From an uncultured Myxococcales bacterium (GTDB lineage: Bacteria; Myxococcota_A; Polyangia; Palsa-1104; JAEUJZ01), in NCBI GenBank assembly GCA_964554495.1, contig CAZKOY010000004.1:18128-82127 (forward strand): a stretch of 64,000 nucleotides of DNA, written 5' to 3'. A program made the position numbers and the translations under genes. Positions 19,073-26,968 of this stretch are shown here, one piece after another (within the stretch, counting starts at the first letter, position 1; every line of letters begins with the position of its first letter). The notes below the pieces were generated by a model that worked only from the letters and a program-made list of their open reading frames with translations, made no database searches and was not told the DNA's origin.

Positions 19073-19624
19073 ATGAAAGCCATCCCCGGACGCCTGTTTA
19101 TTTTCGGCTTTGCCTTGGTGATCGCGCTCGTCGCCGCCGTCGGCTTCCGCACGCTGAAGCAGGCACAAGATCGCCGCTTCGCCGTCAGCCTGCGCGCCCT
19201 GCCCGCGGCCAGTGCTCCCGACGAGATCCCGATCACCAGCCAGATCGTCGTGCGCATCGAAAAGCGCACGGCAGGAAGGTCGGATCAGACCGCGTGGGCC
19301 TTGCTTCTAGACGGCAGCGGCCGCTTGCTGGCTGATCTGCAGCCGCTTTCGGCCAAGACCTTGGACAACGGCAAGCGCGTCGAAGAGACGACCTTTCCGC
19401 CGCTGGGCCGAGTGCCCGCGCAGCGCATCGTCGCCGCGGTCGTCGTGCGCATGCCGCCGGAAAACGAAGCGCCGATCCGCGCCGCTCTGTCCCAGATTCT
19501 GCAAGCGGTCGAGCAGCGCAACGGCCAGCTTCGCGAGGCGTTTGGCAACCTGCTGCCCACCGTCCGCCGCCTGGGTGGCCATGCCGAGCTTGTGCAAGGC
19601 CAGGTTCCCAAAAGTGCCGGCTGA
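19073..19624 (+). CDS. Hypothetical N-terminally membrane-anchored protein
   Basis: MKAIPGRLFIFGFALVIALVAAVGF is a single TM helix. ATG 19073 is in frame with track ORF 18869-19624. No motif I recognise. Confidence 0.5.
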   Translation: MKAIPGRLFIFGFALVIALVAAVGFRTLKQAQDRRFAVSLRALPAASAPDEIPITSQIVVRIEKRTAGRSDQTAWALLLDGSGRLLADLQPLSAKTLDNGKRVEETTFPPLGRVPAQRIVAAVVVRMPPENEAPIRAALSQILQAVEQRNGQLREAFGNLLPTVRRLGGHAELVQGQVPKSAG

Positions 19625-21331
19625 TCAGCGCCCCGATTGGCCCATATCATCGGAGGCTGTTTGGGAATCTGCCGCGCGATCGCTCAGACGGAGATATCCA
19701 GATATGTAGAAAATAAACAAATACAAAACATTAATATAAATAATGCGATATTTTGGCAGATAAAAAAGCAGCGCAAGCGACAACAGACAGGCGACCAAGG
19801 GGCCAATCTGGCGGCGCCCCGCGGCGGGGATGTCATAGACGAGCAGCATGGTCACCCCCAGCACTTCCAGGGGCAGATACTGCTCGGCGGTTAGGCCGAT
19901 CACCATGCCCAAGGTGCGACCGAGCGTCACAAAACCAAGCAGCGCCCCAATCCCCCATGCGAACTGGCGATAGCGTGGCTGGCGTTGGATCAGCTTGCGC
20001 GCCGACACCATGCTGCCTGCGAAAGCCAGCGCCATGGTCCAGGCCATCAGCACCGCGCTGCGTGGATCGGGGCCAGAGACGCGCAGCAAGATGCGCCGAA
20101 GGATGATCACTCCGAGCAAGATGCCGATGCCCACCAGCGTCGAGCGTCGCTTGATGCGCCGCGTGTTCTCGTTGTCGGCATCGGGCAAAAGGCCGTGTTC
20201 TAGCTCGCGGATGAGCGCCAGCATCGATGGAAAGCGCGCCGCTGGATCGCGCGACAGGCCGCGTCGCAGGGCTCGCTCGATCACCGTCGGGACTTCGATG
20301 CCGCCGAGCGCTCGCGGCAGGGCAGAAGGAAGCGCGGCCGTGCGCACGTTTTCGGCGAACTTCTCGAACGTCTCGCCGGGAAAAGGCAGCACGCCGTACA
20401 GCGCTTCGTACAGCGCGGCGCAGAAGCTGAACTGATCGCTGCGCGCATCCGCTTCGTCGCCGCTTACCTGCTCGGGCGCCATATAGCCCGGCGTGCCCAT
20501 GATCGATCCGGCCTGCGTCAGCCGCTCGCGGCTGCTCTTCAGGTTGTCAAACGAGGTCCCGGCCAAGCTGACGCTGCTCGCTGGCTGCTCCTCGCCGGGG
20601 CTCGTCGGGGAAAGCGCTCGCGCCAAGCCAAAGTCGAGCACCCGCGCCCGCCCATCGTCCCCGACCAGCACATTGTCTGGCTTAAAGTCGCGGTGGATCA
20701 GACCGCACTGGTGGGCGGCGGCGAGGCCGGCTGCGGCTTGCAGATACAGGCGCAGACGGGCATCGAAGGCGCGCGGATCGCGCAGCGGGTGTTGTTCCTG
20801 CCAGTGCAGAAGCGACATGCCGGGGACAAATTCCATGGCGATGAAGATGCGGCCGCCTTGCGACTCATGATCCTCGCCGACTTCATAGACGTGGACGACG
20901 TTGGGGTGCGAGACACGAGCCATGGCCTGCGCTTCCTGCTGCACCCGGCTGCGCCCGCGGGCGCGCTGCTGCATGCCGTCGCGCACCACCTTGATCGCGA
21001 CCTTGCGATCCAGATCGGGGTCGTACGCTGAATAGACAACGCCCATGCCCCCCCGGCCAAGCTGACGGAGGATCAGGTAGCGACCGATGCGCGGCGGCAG
21101 TGCGTCGGCTTGCCCGATCTGGACGACCGACTCATCGTCTTTTGGCTGCGCGCTGTCGCAGGCCGCGGGATCGAGGGTCACGTCGAGCACTTGCGGCTCT
21201 GTCGGCTCAGCCGCCAGGGTGTCAGCCAAGCCAGCGACCGCATGCGACGGGTGTTTCGCTGCAGAGGAACCATCCAAGGTGGCGGCAAGCTCTAGCCCCA
21301 GGCGGGTACTGCGATCGCGACGAGACGACAT
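19625..21331 (-). CDS. Hanks-type Ser/Thr protein kinase with C-terminal polytopic membrane domain
   Basis: GRGGMGVVYSAYDPDLDRKVAIKVV, HRDFKPDNVLV, DFGLA, GTPGYMAPE, then about 6 hydrophobic helices. The last helix is encoded by an AT-rich patch at 19690-19780. Confidence 0.85.
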   Translation of the reverse strand: MSSRRDRSTRLGLELAATLDGSSAAKHPSHAVAGLADTLAAEPTEPQVLDVTLDPAACDSAQPKDDESVVQIGQADALPPRIGRYLILRQLGRGGMGVVYSAYDPDLDRKVAIKVVRDGMQQRARGRSRVQQEAQAMARVSHPNVVHVYEVGEDHESQGGRIFIAMEFVPGMSLLHWQEQHPLRDPRAFDARLRLYLQAAAGLAAAHQCGLIHRDFKPDNVLVGDDGRARVLDFGLARALSPTSPGEEQPASSVSLAGTSFDNLKSSRERLTQAGSIMGTPGYMAPEQVSGDEADARSDQFSFCAALYEALYGVLPFPGETFEKFAENVRTAALPSALPRALGGIEVPTVIERALRRGLSRDPAARFPSMLALIRELEHGLLPDADNENTRRIKRRSTLVGIGILLGVIILRRILLRVSGPDPRSAVLMAWTMALAFAGSMVSARKLIQRQPRYRQFAWGIGALLGFVTLGRTLGMVIGLTAEQYLPLEVLGVTMLLVYDIPAAGRRQIGPLVACLLSLALLFYLPKYRIIYINVLYLFIFYISGYLRLSDRAADSQTASDDMGQSGR

Positions 21332-21404
21332 CGTGGCTCTGTGACTCCTTTATCGAAACATTGGATGTAGATTCCGAAAGAAAAAGGAATAAAAAAGGAA
21401 TTCA

Positions 21405-22268
21405 CTAGTGCGGCTGGCGTTGGCCGTTCGTACCCCAGCCAGCGGGCGGTGGCTCCACTTGCGTACCGTCCTTGTTCCAGCCGCTCGGCGGTGGCTCACC
21501 AGTGATCTGGACCGACGGAACGATGAGCTGTTCTTCCAGCAGGCCGTCCCGTTCGACGCGCTTTTGCGCGCGGCTGGGACGACGAAAAGACAGACCAAAG
21601 GTCACGGCACCCACAGCCAGAAGGCCAACGCCTGCGGCCGTCAGCGCGACCCCCAAGCGGTCGCTGTTGAAGACTTGCATACACTGCGTCGCCGGAGGCT
21701 CGGCTGGCTGCGCGCACTGGCCGTGCAGACCCCAAAGGACGGCGCCGGCCGTGGCGATTCCCAGGCCGCTTGCGCCCGCCGCAATGCCCAGGGGACGCAG
21801 CCAGCGCGGCAGTGGCTTTTCTTCTTGGATCACCAGCGTGCGCGTCTTTTCGATCACCTCGGGCCGGCGCTCGGCGCGCTCGCGCTCGCTCACTTCGTTA
21901 AGCACGCTTTCCAGCGCAGCACGGGCCGGCGGCGTCAGATCGCGGCTCATGGCGGCATACATCTCGAAATACACGCGGGCGGAAGACCACTGTTCCAAGC
22001 GGCGATAAGCCTGCCCGATGTTGTAAAGAAGCTGAGGCGCTGGCTGGATGGCATACGCGGCTTGCAGCACCGGAATGGCCGCCGCATAGTCCTTGGCGGC
22101 GTACAGCTTGCTGGCGCGCAGATACTGTTCGCGAAATGCGGCGTCGTCTGGGATACTGGCTGACGCTTGTGACAAAAAAAGGAATGTCAGAAGAAATAGG
22201 AATCCGACACTCCCTCGGCGTAGCTGCGCTGTATCCCTGTGCTCGGCCATACCCACGTCGTAAACCAT
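21405..22268 (-). CDS. TPR-containing membrane protein
   Basis: Signal-like GFLFLLTFLFLSQASA. TPR-like AAKDYAAAIPVLQAAYAIQPAPQLLYNIGQAYRRLEQWSSARVYFEMY. Two TM helices follow. Start chosen at MVYDV (22268); alternative starts at 22250 or 22391. Confidence 0.6.
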   Translation of the reverse strand: MVYDVGMAEHRDTAQLRRGSVGFLFLLTFLFLSQASASIPDDAAFREQYLRASKLYAAKDYAAAIPVLQAAYAIQPAPQLLYNIGQAYRRLEQWSSARVYFEMYAAMSRDLTPPARAALESVLNEVSERERAERRPEVIEKTRTLVIQEEKPLPRWLRPLGIAAGASGLGIATAGAVLWGLHGQCAQPAEPPATQCMQVFNSDRLGVALTAAGVGLLAVGAVTFGLSFRRPSRAQKRVERDGLLEEQLIVPSVQITGEPPPSGWNKDGTQVEPPPAGWGTNGQRQPH

Positions 22269-22326
22269 CACTATACCGCGGAAGGCGGGATCTTGGCGGT
22301 CGACGAAGAACCGTGGCTGGGTTCGC

Positions 22327-22355
22327 TTGACAGCTTCCGGTGCGACGACATAAGA
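22327..22355 (+). promoter_or_regulatory. Sigma-70-like promoter candidate for bcp (-35 TTGACA, 17-nt spacer, -10 ATAAGA)
   Basis: TTGACA at 22327-22332 and ATAAGA at 22350-22355. RBS GAGGAAG sits about 8 nt before ATG 22379. Confidence 0.35.
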
Positions 22356-22378
22356 GCAGCGGCGCGAGGAAGCCAACC

Positions 22379-22873
22379 ATGATGAGCCCATCCGAGATCC
22401 CCCACGTCGCGACTGCCACCGTCGGACAGTCAGCGCCAGAGTTTGAGCTATACGGCGACGACGGCGCCCTGCACACTCTGCGCGAGCTCCGCGGCCGCAG
22501 CGTGGTTCTGTATTTCTATCCCAAGGACAACACGCCCGGATGTACGCAGGAAAGCTGTGACTTCCGCGATGCGCAGGCGGCCTATGCGCAGCAAAATGCC
22601 GTCATCCTCGGAATCAGCCCGGATAGCGTCGCTTCGCACCAGAAGTTCAAGAGCAAGTTCTCGCTGCCCTTTTTGCTGCTTTCCGATCCGGGCGCGGTCG
22701 TCGCGCAGGCATATGGCGCCTGGGGGGAAAAGAACATGTATGGGAAGAAGTCGATGGGCTTGATCCGCTCAACCTTTGTCATCGCGCCCGACGGACGCTT
22801 GCTCGCGGCCTATCGCAAGGTGAAGGTGGCGGGCCACGCGCAAAAGGTCCTGGCAGGTCTGTCGGCGAAGTAG
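22379..22873 (+). CDS. bcp: Peroxiredoxin Bcp (thiol peroxidase, atypical 2-Cys)
   Basis: VVLYFYPKDNTPGCTQESCDFRD (peroxidatic PxxxTxxC, with a second Cys 5 residues later), ...FLLLSDPGAVVAQAYG...RSTFVIAPDG. Confidence 0.9.
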   Translation: MMSPSEIPHVATATVGQSAPEFELYGDDGALHTLRELRGRSVVLYFYPKDNTPGCTQESCDFRDAQAAYAQQNAVILGISPDSVASHQKFKSKFSLPFLLLSDPGAVVAQAYGAWGEKNMYGKKSMGLIRSTFVIAPDGRLLAAYRKVKVAGHAQKVLAGLSAK

Positions 22874-23074
22874 CGCAGGCGGCCAAGGCCAGCCTCTGCG
22901 CCACGGCGCCAAGGCACGACCTGTGAACCCCGGAAGACGCAGGCGCTGCGGGGAGCGCCTGCCCGCCTCTGCGCAAGACCTGCTGTGTGCGCTAGCGTGC
23001 CCGCAGATTTCGCGGGCTTTGGGGGCGGGCTAGGCACGAAATCGGTGGCCTGTACATTGCACAGAATAAGTGCA

Positions 23075-23992
23075 ATGCGAGTTACTTATTATTCATCGTT
23101 CTTTGTGGCGGCCTCGACGCTGGCGTTGGCCGCCCATGCCGAGGCGGCGCAGCCTGTTCAGCTATGGGTTCGCGCCCCTGGGGTGTATGGCAAAAAAGAG
23201 CAGGACCCAGCGAAACAGAACCCACAGACCGTGGATCTAGAGTCGCTGCCGCAGAAGCAAGAGCAGCGGACCGATGTGCAGTACGGCACCAGCGCGTATT
23301 ACCGCGGCGTCGCGCTCAGCGACATCTGGGCCAAGTACACGCCGCCCAATGGCACGGATCTGGCGCTGCTTCACTTTCACAACGGCGTCGTCATTCCGCT
23401 GCCGTTTCGTGATGCAGCAACGATGAAGCGCGTGGCGCCGTTCGTGGCGCTGTCGCGCAGCACCACTGCCGAGGGACCGTATCGCACCGAGCTACCCCCG
23501 GTGAACAAGTCCGTCGAAGGCTATGCCGACATTCGCCAGGTGGCGTTTTCGGGAAATAAGATCGTGGTGGCCGATGGCTGGCATCCCGAGATGACTGAAC
23601 CGGCGCTCGCCAACTTTTCGCCGTGGCGCTTGACCGGATCGCTGACGGGCATCGAGTTCGTCGAGGGCACCGCGTACTATCGGCAGTTTGTCCCCAGCGC
23701 CGACGTTCGCCCCGGCTTTGAAGTGTTTCGCCAGAACTGCCAGTTCTGTCACGGCGTAAACAAAGTAGGAGCGCGCTTCGGCTGGGACTATGCGACGCCG
23801 CTGCCGCTGCACACGTATCGCAGCACGGAACAGAAGCTGTATATGCACATTGCGTATCGCGTGGAATACAAAGCGACCTGGCAGCAGATGCCAGCGCTCA
23901 AGCACATCTCGCAGGCGGAAGCCGGACTGCTCTGGCAGTGGATGCGAGCGGTCTCGTCCGCGCCAATGACCCGTTACACCCCGACGCGCTAG
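23075..23992 (+). CDS. Secreted protein with C-terminal mono-haem cytochrome c domain
   Basis: Signal peptide MRVTYYSSFFVAASTLALAAHAEA. CxxCH in FRQNCQFCHGVNKVG. The N-terminal domain is unassigned. Confidence 0.7.
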   Translation: MRVTYYSSFFVAASTLALAAHAEAAQPVQLWVRAPGVYGKKEQDPAKQNPQTVDLESLPQKQEQRTDVQYGTSAYYRGVALSDIWAKYTPPNGTDLALLHFHNGVVIPLPFRDAATMKRVAPFVALSRSTTAEGPYRTELPPVNKSVEGYADIRQVAFSGNKIVVADGWHPEMTEPALANFSPWRLTGSLTGIEFVEGTAYYRQFVPSADVRPGFEVFRQNCQFCHGVNKVGARFGWDYATPLPLHTYRSTEQKLYMHIAYRVEYKATWQQMPALKHISQAEAGLLWQWMRAVSSAPMTRYTPTR

Positions 23993-24085
23993 GGCATGCA
24001 CGCCACTTCGATCGACAAACGGCGGGACGCGCCGGCCCTGGGACGAACATGGGGTGTGGCCGTCGCGCTCGCTGGAGAATAAGTC

Positions 24086-24748
24086 ATGGAAACACAGACC
24101 GAAAAAGGCAGTCCGTCTGCCGAAAAGTACCGCATCCTGGTGGCCACTGATTTTTCCGATCTGGGCTCTCTGGCGTTTGCTGAAGCGATCTCGCTGGCTC
24201 GCCGAAATCCCTATGCTGAGCTGCACGTCGTCGCAGTCGTCGACAAGGAAGCCAGCGAGATCGTGCCACTGCAAGACCGTCGCGCTTCGCTGGTGCAGAT
24301 CACCGATCACATGCGCGAACGGCTGATTGCCGAAACCAACCGCATGCTGGGCCCGGACCCATCGCGACGCGTGCCGAGCACAGTCCACATTCGTCTGGGC
24401 AAGATCGCCGAACAGATCGCAGGTCTAGCCGGTGAGATCAGCGCCGATCTCGTCGTTGTGGGCACCCATGGCCGTCGCGGTGTGCGCCACCTGCTCTTGG
24501 GTTCGGTGGCCGAGCGCACGGTGCGGCTGTCGCCTTGCGCGGTGTTGGTCGTGCGTCCCAAGGACACGCATGTTCTCGACAACCTGCCGACGATCGAGCC
24601 GCCTTGCCCCGCCTGCCTAAAGACGCGGGAAGAAACACAGGGGCAGCAGTGGTGGTGCGAAGTGCATCGGCAAGAGCCGGGTGAGTTCCACGCCTTCTCG
24701 TACAGCCGACGTCTCGACGAGCCCGCCGTTCCTGCGCCGTACTACTAG
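24086..24748 (+). CDS. Universal stress protein (UspA family) with Cys-containing C-terminal extension
   Basis: YRILVATDFSDLG...ADLVVVGTHGRRGVRHLLLGSVAERTVRLSPCAVLVVRP (the G-x2-G-x9-G-S motif). The extension carries CPAC...WWCEVH. Confidence 0.8.
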   Translation: METQTEKGSPSAEKYRILVATDFSDLGSLAFAEAISLARRNPYAELHVVAVVDKEASEIVPLQDRRASLVQITDHMRERLIAETNRMLGPDPSRRVPSTVHIRLGKIAEQIAGLAGEISADLVVVGTHGRRGVRHLLLGSVAERTVRLSPCAVLVVRPKDTHVLDNLPTIEPPCPACLKTREETQGQQWWCEVHRQEPGEFHAFSYSRRLDEPAVPAPYY

Positions 24749-24771
24749 GCGATTTGGTCTAACGCCACGCG

Positions 24772-26217
24772 CTATTCCGTCGGGCTGCTCGCGGTAGCGG
24801 TCGATTCCGCGGAGGTCACGGCGGACAGATCCGCCATGCGGCGAACGGTGGCAGCGCGGCGACCGCTTGGATAACGACGAAGGTATTCACGCGCTCGCTC
24901 ACGAGCCTGCGATATGTCTCCGGCCCGCGCCCACGCCTCGACTTCGCGTGCCAGCGCGTCGTGGCTGAGCGGTCCTTCCTCATCCAGCGTCTGCGTACGA
25001 CGGAAGCTCTCGGCTGCTTTTCGCGCCTGCCCCATGTCATCCAGCAGCACGCGACCCAGTGTGAACGCGGCCAGAGGCGCGCGTGGATCCTCGCTGTGCC
25101 GTTCTAGCAAGCGACGCAGTGGAGCCACGGCAGACGCGGGATGGTGGCTCATGCGCGCGACATCGGCGAGCAGCAGCAGATCAGCGGGCGCGGGATTTTC
25201 GTCGACGATCGGCGACAAGCGGACCTCAGCAGGGCTCGGCGAAGGCGACGGCAGAAAGGATGCGCGAGCCGGCGCAAAGGCTTGCTGATACGCCTGCTCA
25301 AATTTTCCCGAGCGCGCTAGCTGACGCCAGCTTGCCTGGGCAGCAGCACCGCTTGTCGCACGCGCCGCAAGCGGCCCGCGTCCCGATGTCGCAGCAAGAC
25401 CGATCGCGGCTTGATCCGTTCGTGCGCTTGACGTGGATGACGATGGGAACGCGCTTGCGCTCGGTGCATCTTTGCCGGGGCCCATCGTGAACTCAAGGCT
25501 GCGCTCGCTGACTTGAAACTCGACGCGCTCGCCCGCCACCAGCACCGCCTGCTGCCCCGCCCAAAACACGCGCACGCGCCCTTCGCGGACCGCGACCGTG
25601 ACGCGCAGGCCGGTCTTATCCGCTGCGCCGACGGGCTGCTTATCGACGGAAAAAGACGACCCTGAAGACTCGACCGTGACACCACCAGCCGCCACGCGAA
25701 ACTGCCGAGCCGCGGACGGAGTGACGGAAAAATCGGCGCCGCCGCGCAAAAGCTCGACGAGCACGCTGGATGCGCTCTCTTGTCGCACGGCGACCGCGCT
25801 TAGACCGCGGGGCCGCGCCGACGATCCATCCGCAAGGTGCAGCGACGACTGCTGGGCTGCTTCAGCTGCAGCGGTTGTTGATGCCAGCGGCGGCTGCGGC
25901 ACAGGGGACGATGGCGCGCCTCGCGTCGCATGACTGCCCGCCGCGATGCCCGCTGTCTGGGGCAGGCTACTGCTCGCGTCTTGGCTCCACGGGCGTAGCG
26001 AGCCGCTGCGGGGCAGCCACAGCGCCGCAAGAAAAAGGGCTGCGATGCCGCCCATGCGCAGAGCGCTTCGTCGTCGAGTAGCAGCCACATGTCGCTGCGC
26101 AATTCCCGTGCGGATGCGTTCGGCTCGCTCCGGTGTCCAGGACACATCCAAGTGCTGCGCTTCTGCACGGACCCTGGCGCAAAGCTGCGATTGGAAGTCC
26201 ACCTGCCGACTAGGCAT
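24772..26217 (-). CDS. FecR-domain anti-sigma factor with TPR-like C-terminus
   Basis: Single TM helix (MGGIAALFLAALWL). FecR-like LADGSSARP...LLRGGADFSV...FRVAAGGVTVESSGSSFSV...VREGRVRV. Overlaps the upstream ECF sigma gene by 8 nt. Confidence 0.7.
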   Translation of the reverse strand: MPSRQVDFQSQLCARVRAEAQHLDVSWTPERAERIRTGIAQRHVAATRRRSALRMGGIAALFLAALWLPRSGSLRPWSQDASSSLPQTAGIAAGSHATRGAPSSPVPQPPLASTTAAAEAAQQSSLHLADGSSARPRGLSAVAVRQESASSVLVELLRGGADFSVTPSAARQFRVAAGGVTVESSGSSFSVDKQPVGAADKTGLRVTVAVREGRVRVFWAGQQAVLVAGERVEFQVSERSLEFTMGPGKDAPSASAFPSSSTSSARTDQAAIGLAATSGRGPLAARATSGAAAQASWRQLARSGKFEQAYQQAFAPARASFLPSPSPSPAEVRLSPIVDENPAPADLLLLADVARMSHHPASAVAPLRRLLERHSEDPRAPLAAFTLGRVLLDDMGQARKAAESFRRTQTLDEEGPLSHDALAREVEAWARAGDISQARERAREYLRRYPSGRRAATVRRMADLSAVTSAESTATASSPTE

Positions 26218-26911
26218 CGTCTAATGTCCTTGCAAGAAAAGTTTGTGCGGCAGCGATACGCCGCTTGGCGGTGGCCAGGCTGCAGCCGCACAGGCTTGCC
26301 ACCGACTCAACCTGCTCTCCTTCGATATGGCGCAGCGTCCAAGCCAGCCGCTCATTGGCGGGTAGCTCGTCGAGCAGACGATAGATACGCATGAGCAGGA
26401 CGCGGTCTTCGGTACCGCACCCCGGAGCCAAGAGGGACTCGCTGCCACAGGCCGCCGGAATCTCGGCACTGTCACCCAGCCCCAAGAACGCCCACAGCCG
26501 CCGTCGACTGCGCTGCTTGAGCACGCGATACGACTTGCGCACCGTCACCGTCTTAAGCCAGCCGCGCACCGACAGCGGATTGCGCAGCTTGTCGAGGTCC
26601 GAGATCACGGCCAGAAATACTTCCTGCACCACGTCATCGACCTCGTCATCCCGGCCGAGGACCCGCAGCGCAACCTGCGCGACATAGGGCCCATACAGAC
26701 GGAAAAGCTGTTCCCACGAGGGAGGCCCATCGCTGGTCGAGGGCAAGCACGGAACATCATGAACCGCCATGCCTGAGGCTGCCTCGCCGCGCCGCGTGCT
26801 CGAAGCAAGGGTGGCCTGCGGCGCCGTCGCTGGATCCGACGACGTGGCAGTGCCAGCCCCCGGATCAGCCGGCGTTTCGACCAGGCGCAGGTGGGAAGCA
26901 GACTTGGCCAT
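26210..26911 (-). CDS. ECF-type RNA polymerase sigma-70 factor
   Basis: Region 2: LFRLYGPYVAQVALRVLGRDDEVDDVVQEVFLAV...RGWLKTVTVR. Region 4: ERLAWTLRHIEGEQVESVASLCGCSLATAKRRI. Confidence 0.85.
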   Translation of the reverse strand: MAKSASHLRLVETPADPGAGTATSSDPATAPQATLASSTRRGEAASGMAVHDVPCLPSTSDGPPSWEQLFRLYGPYVAQVALRVLGRDDEVDDVVQEVFLAVISDLDKLRNPLSVRGWLKTVTVRKSYRVLKQRSRRRLWAFLGLGDSAEIPAACGSESLLAPGCGTEDRVLLMRIYRLLDELPANERLAWTLRHIEGEQVESVASLCGCSLATAKRRIAAAQTFLARTLDDA

Positions 26912-26968
26912 TGCTATTCCCTAAGTGCCAGCTTGAGCGCAAAACAGCTCACAGGGGGCTGCCGGCTC

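Noticed and set aside
19622-19627. TGATCA formed by abutting convergent stop codons as a restriction or regulatory site
   Set aside because: It is a 6-bp palindrome arising from two TGA stops and carries no independent evidence of function. It is mentioned only within the AT-patch finding.
22160-22210. AT-rich patches at 22160-22210 and 23075-23110 as foreign inserts
   Set aside because: They coincide exactly with signal-peptide or TM segments rich in Phe, Leu, Ser and Tyr. Amino-acid composition explains the bias adequately.
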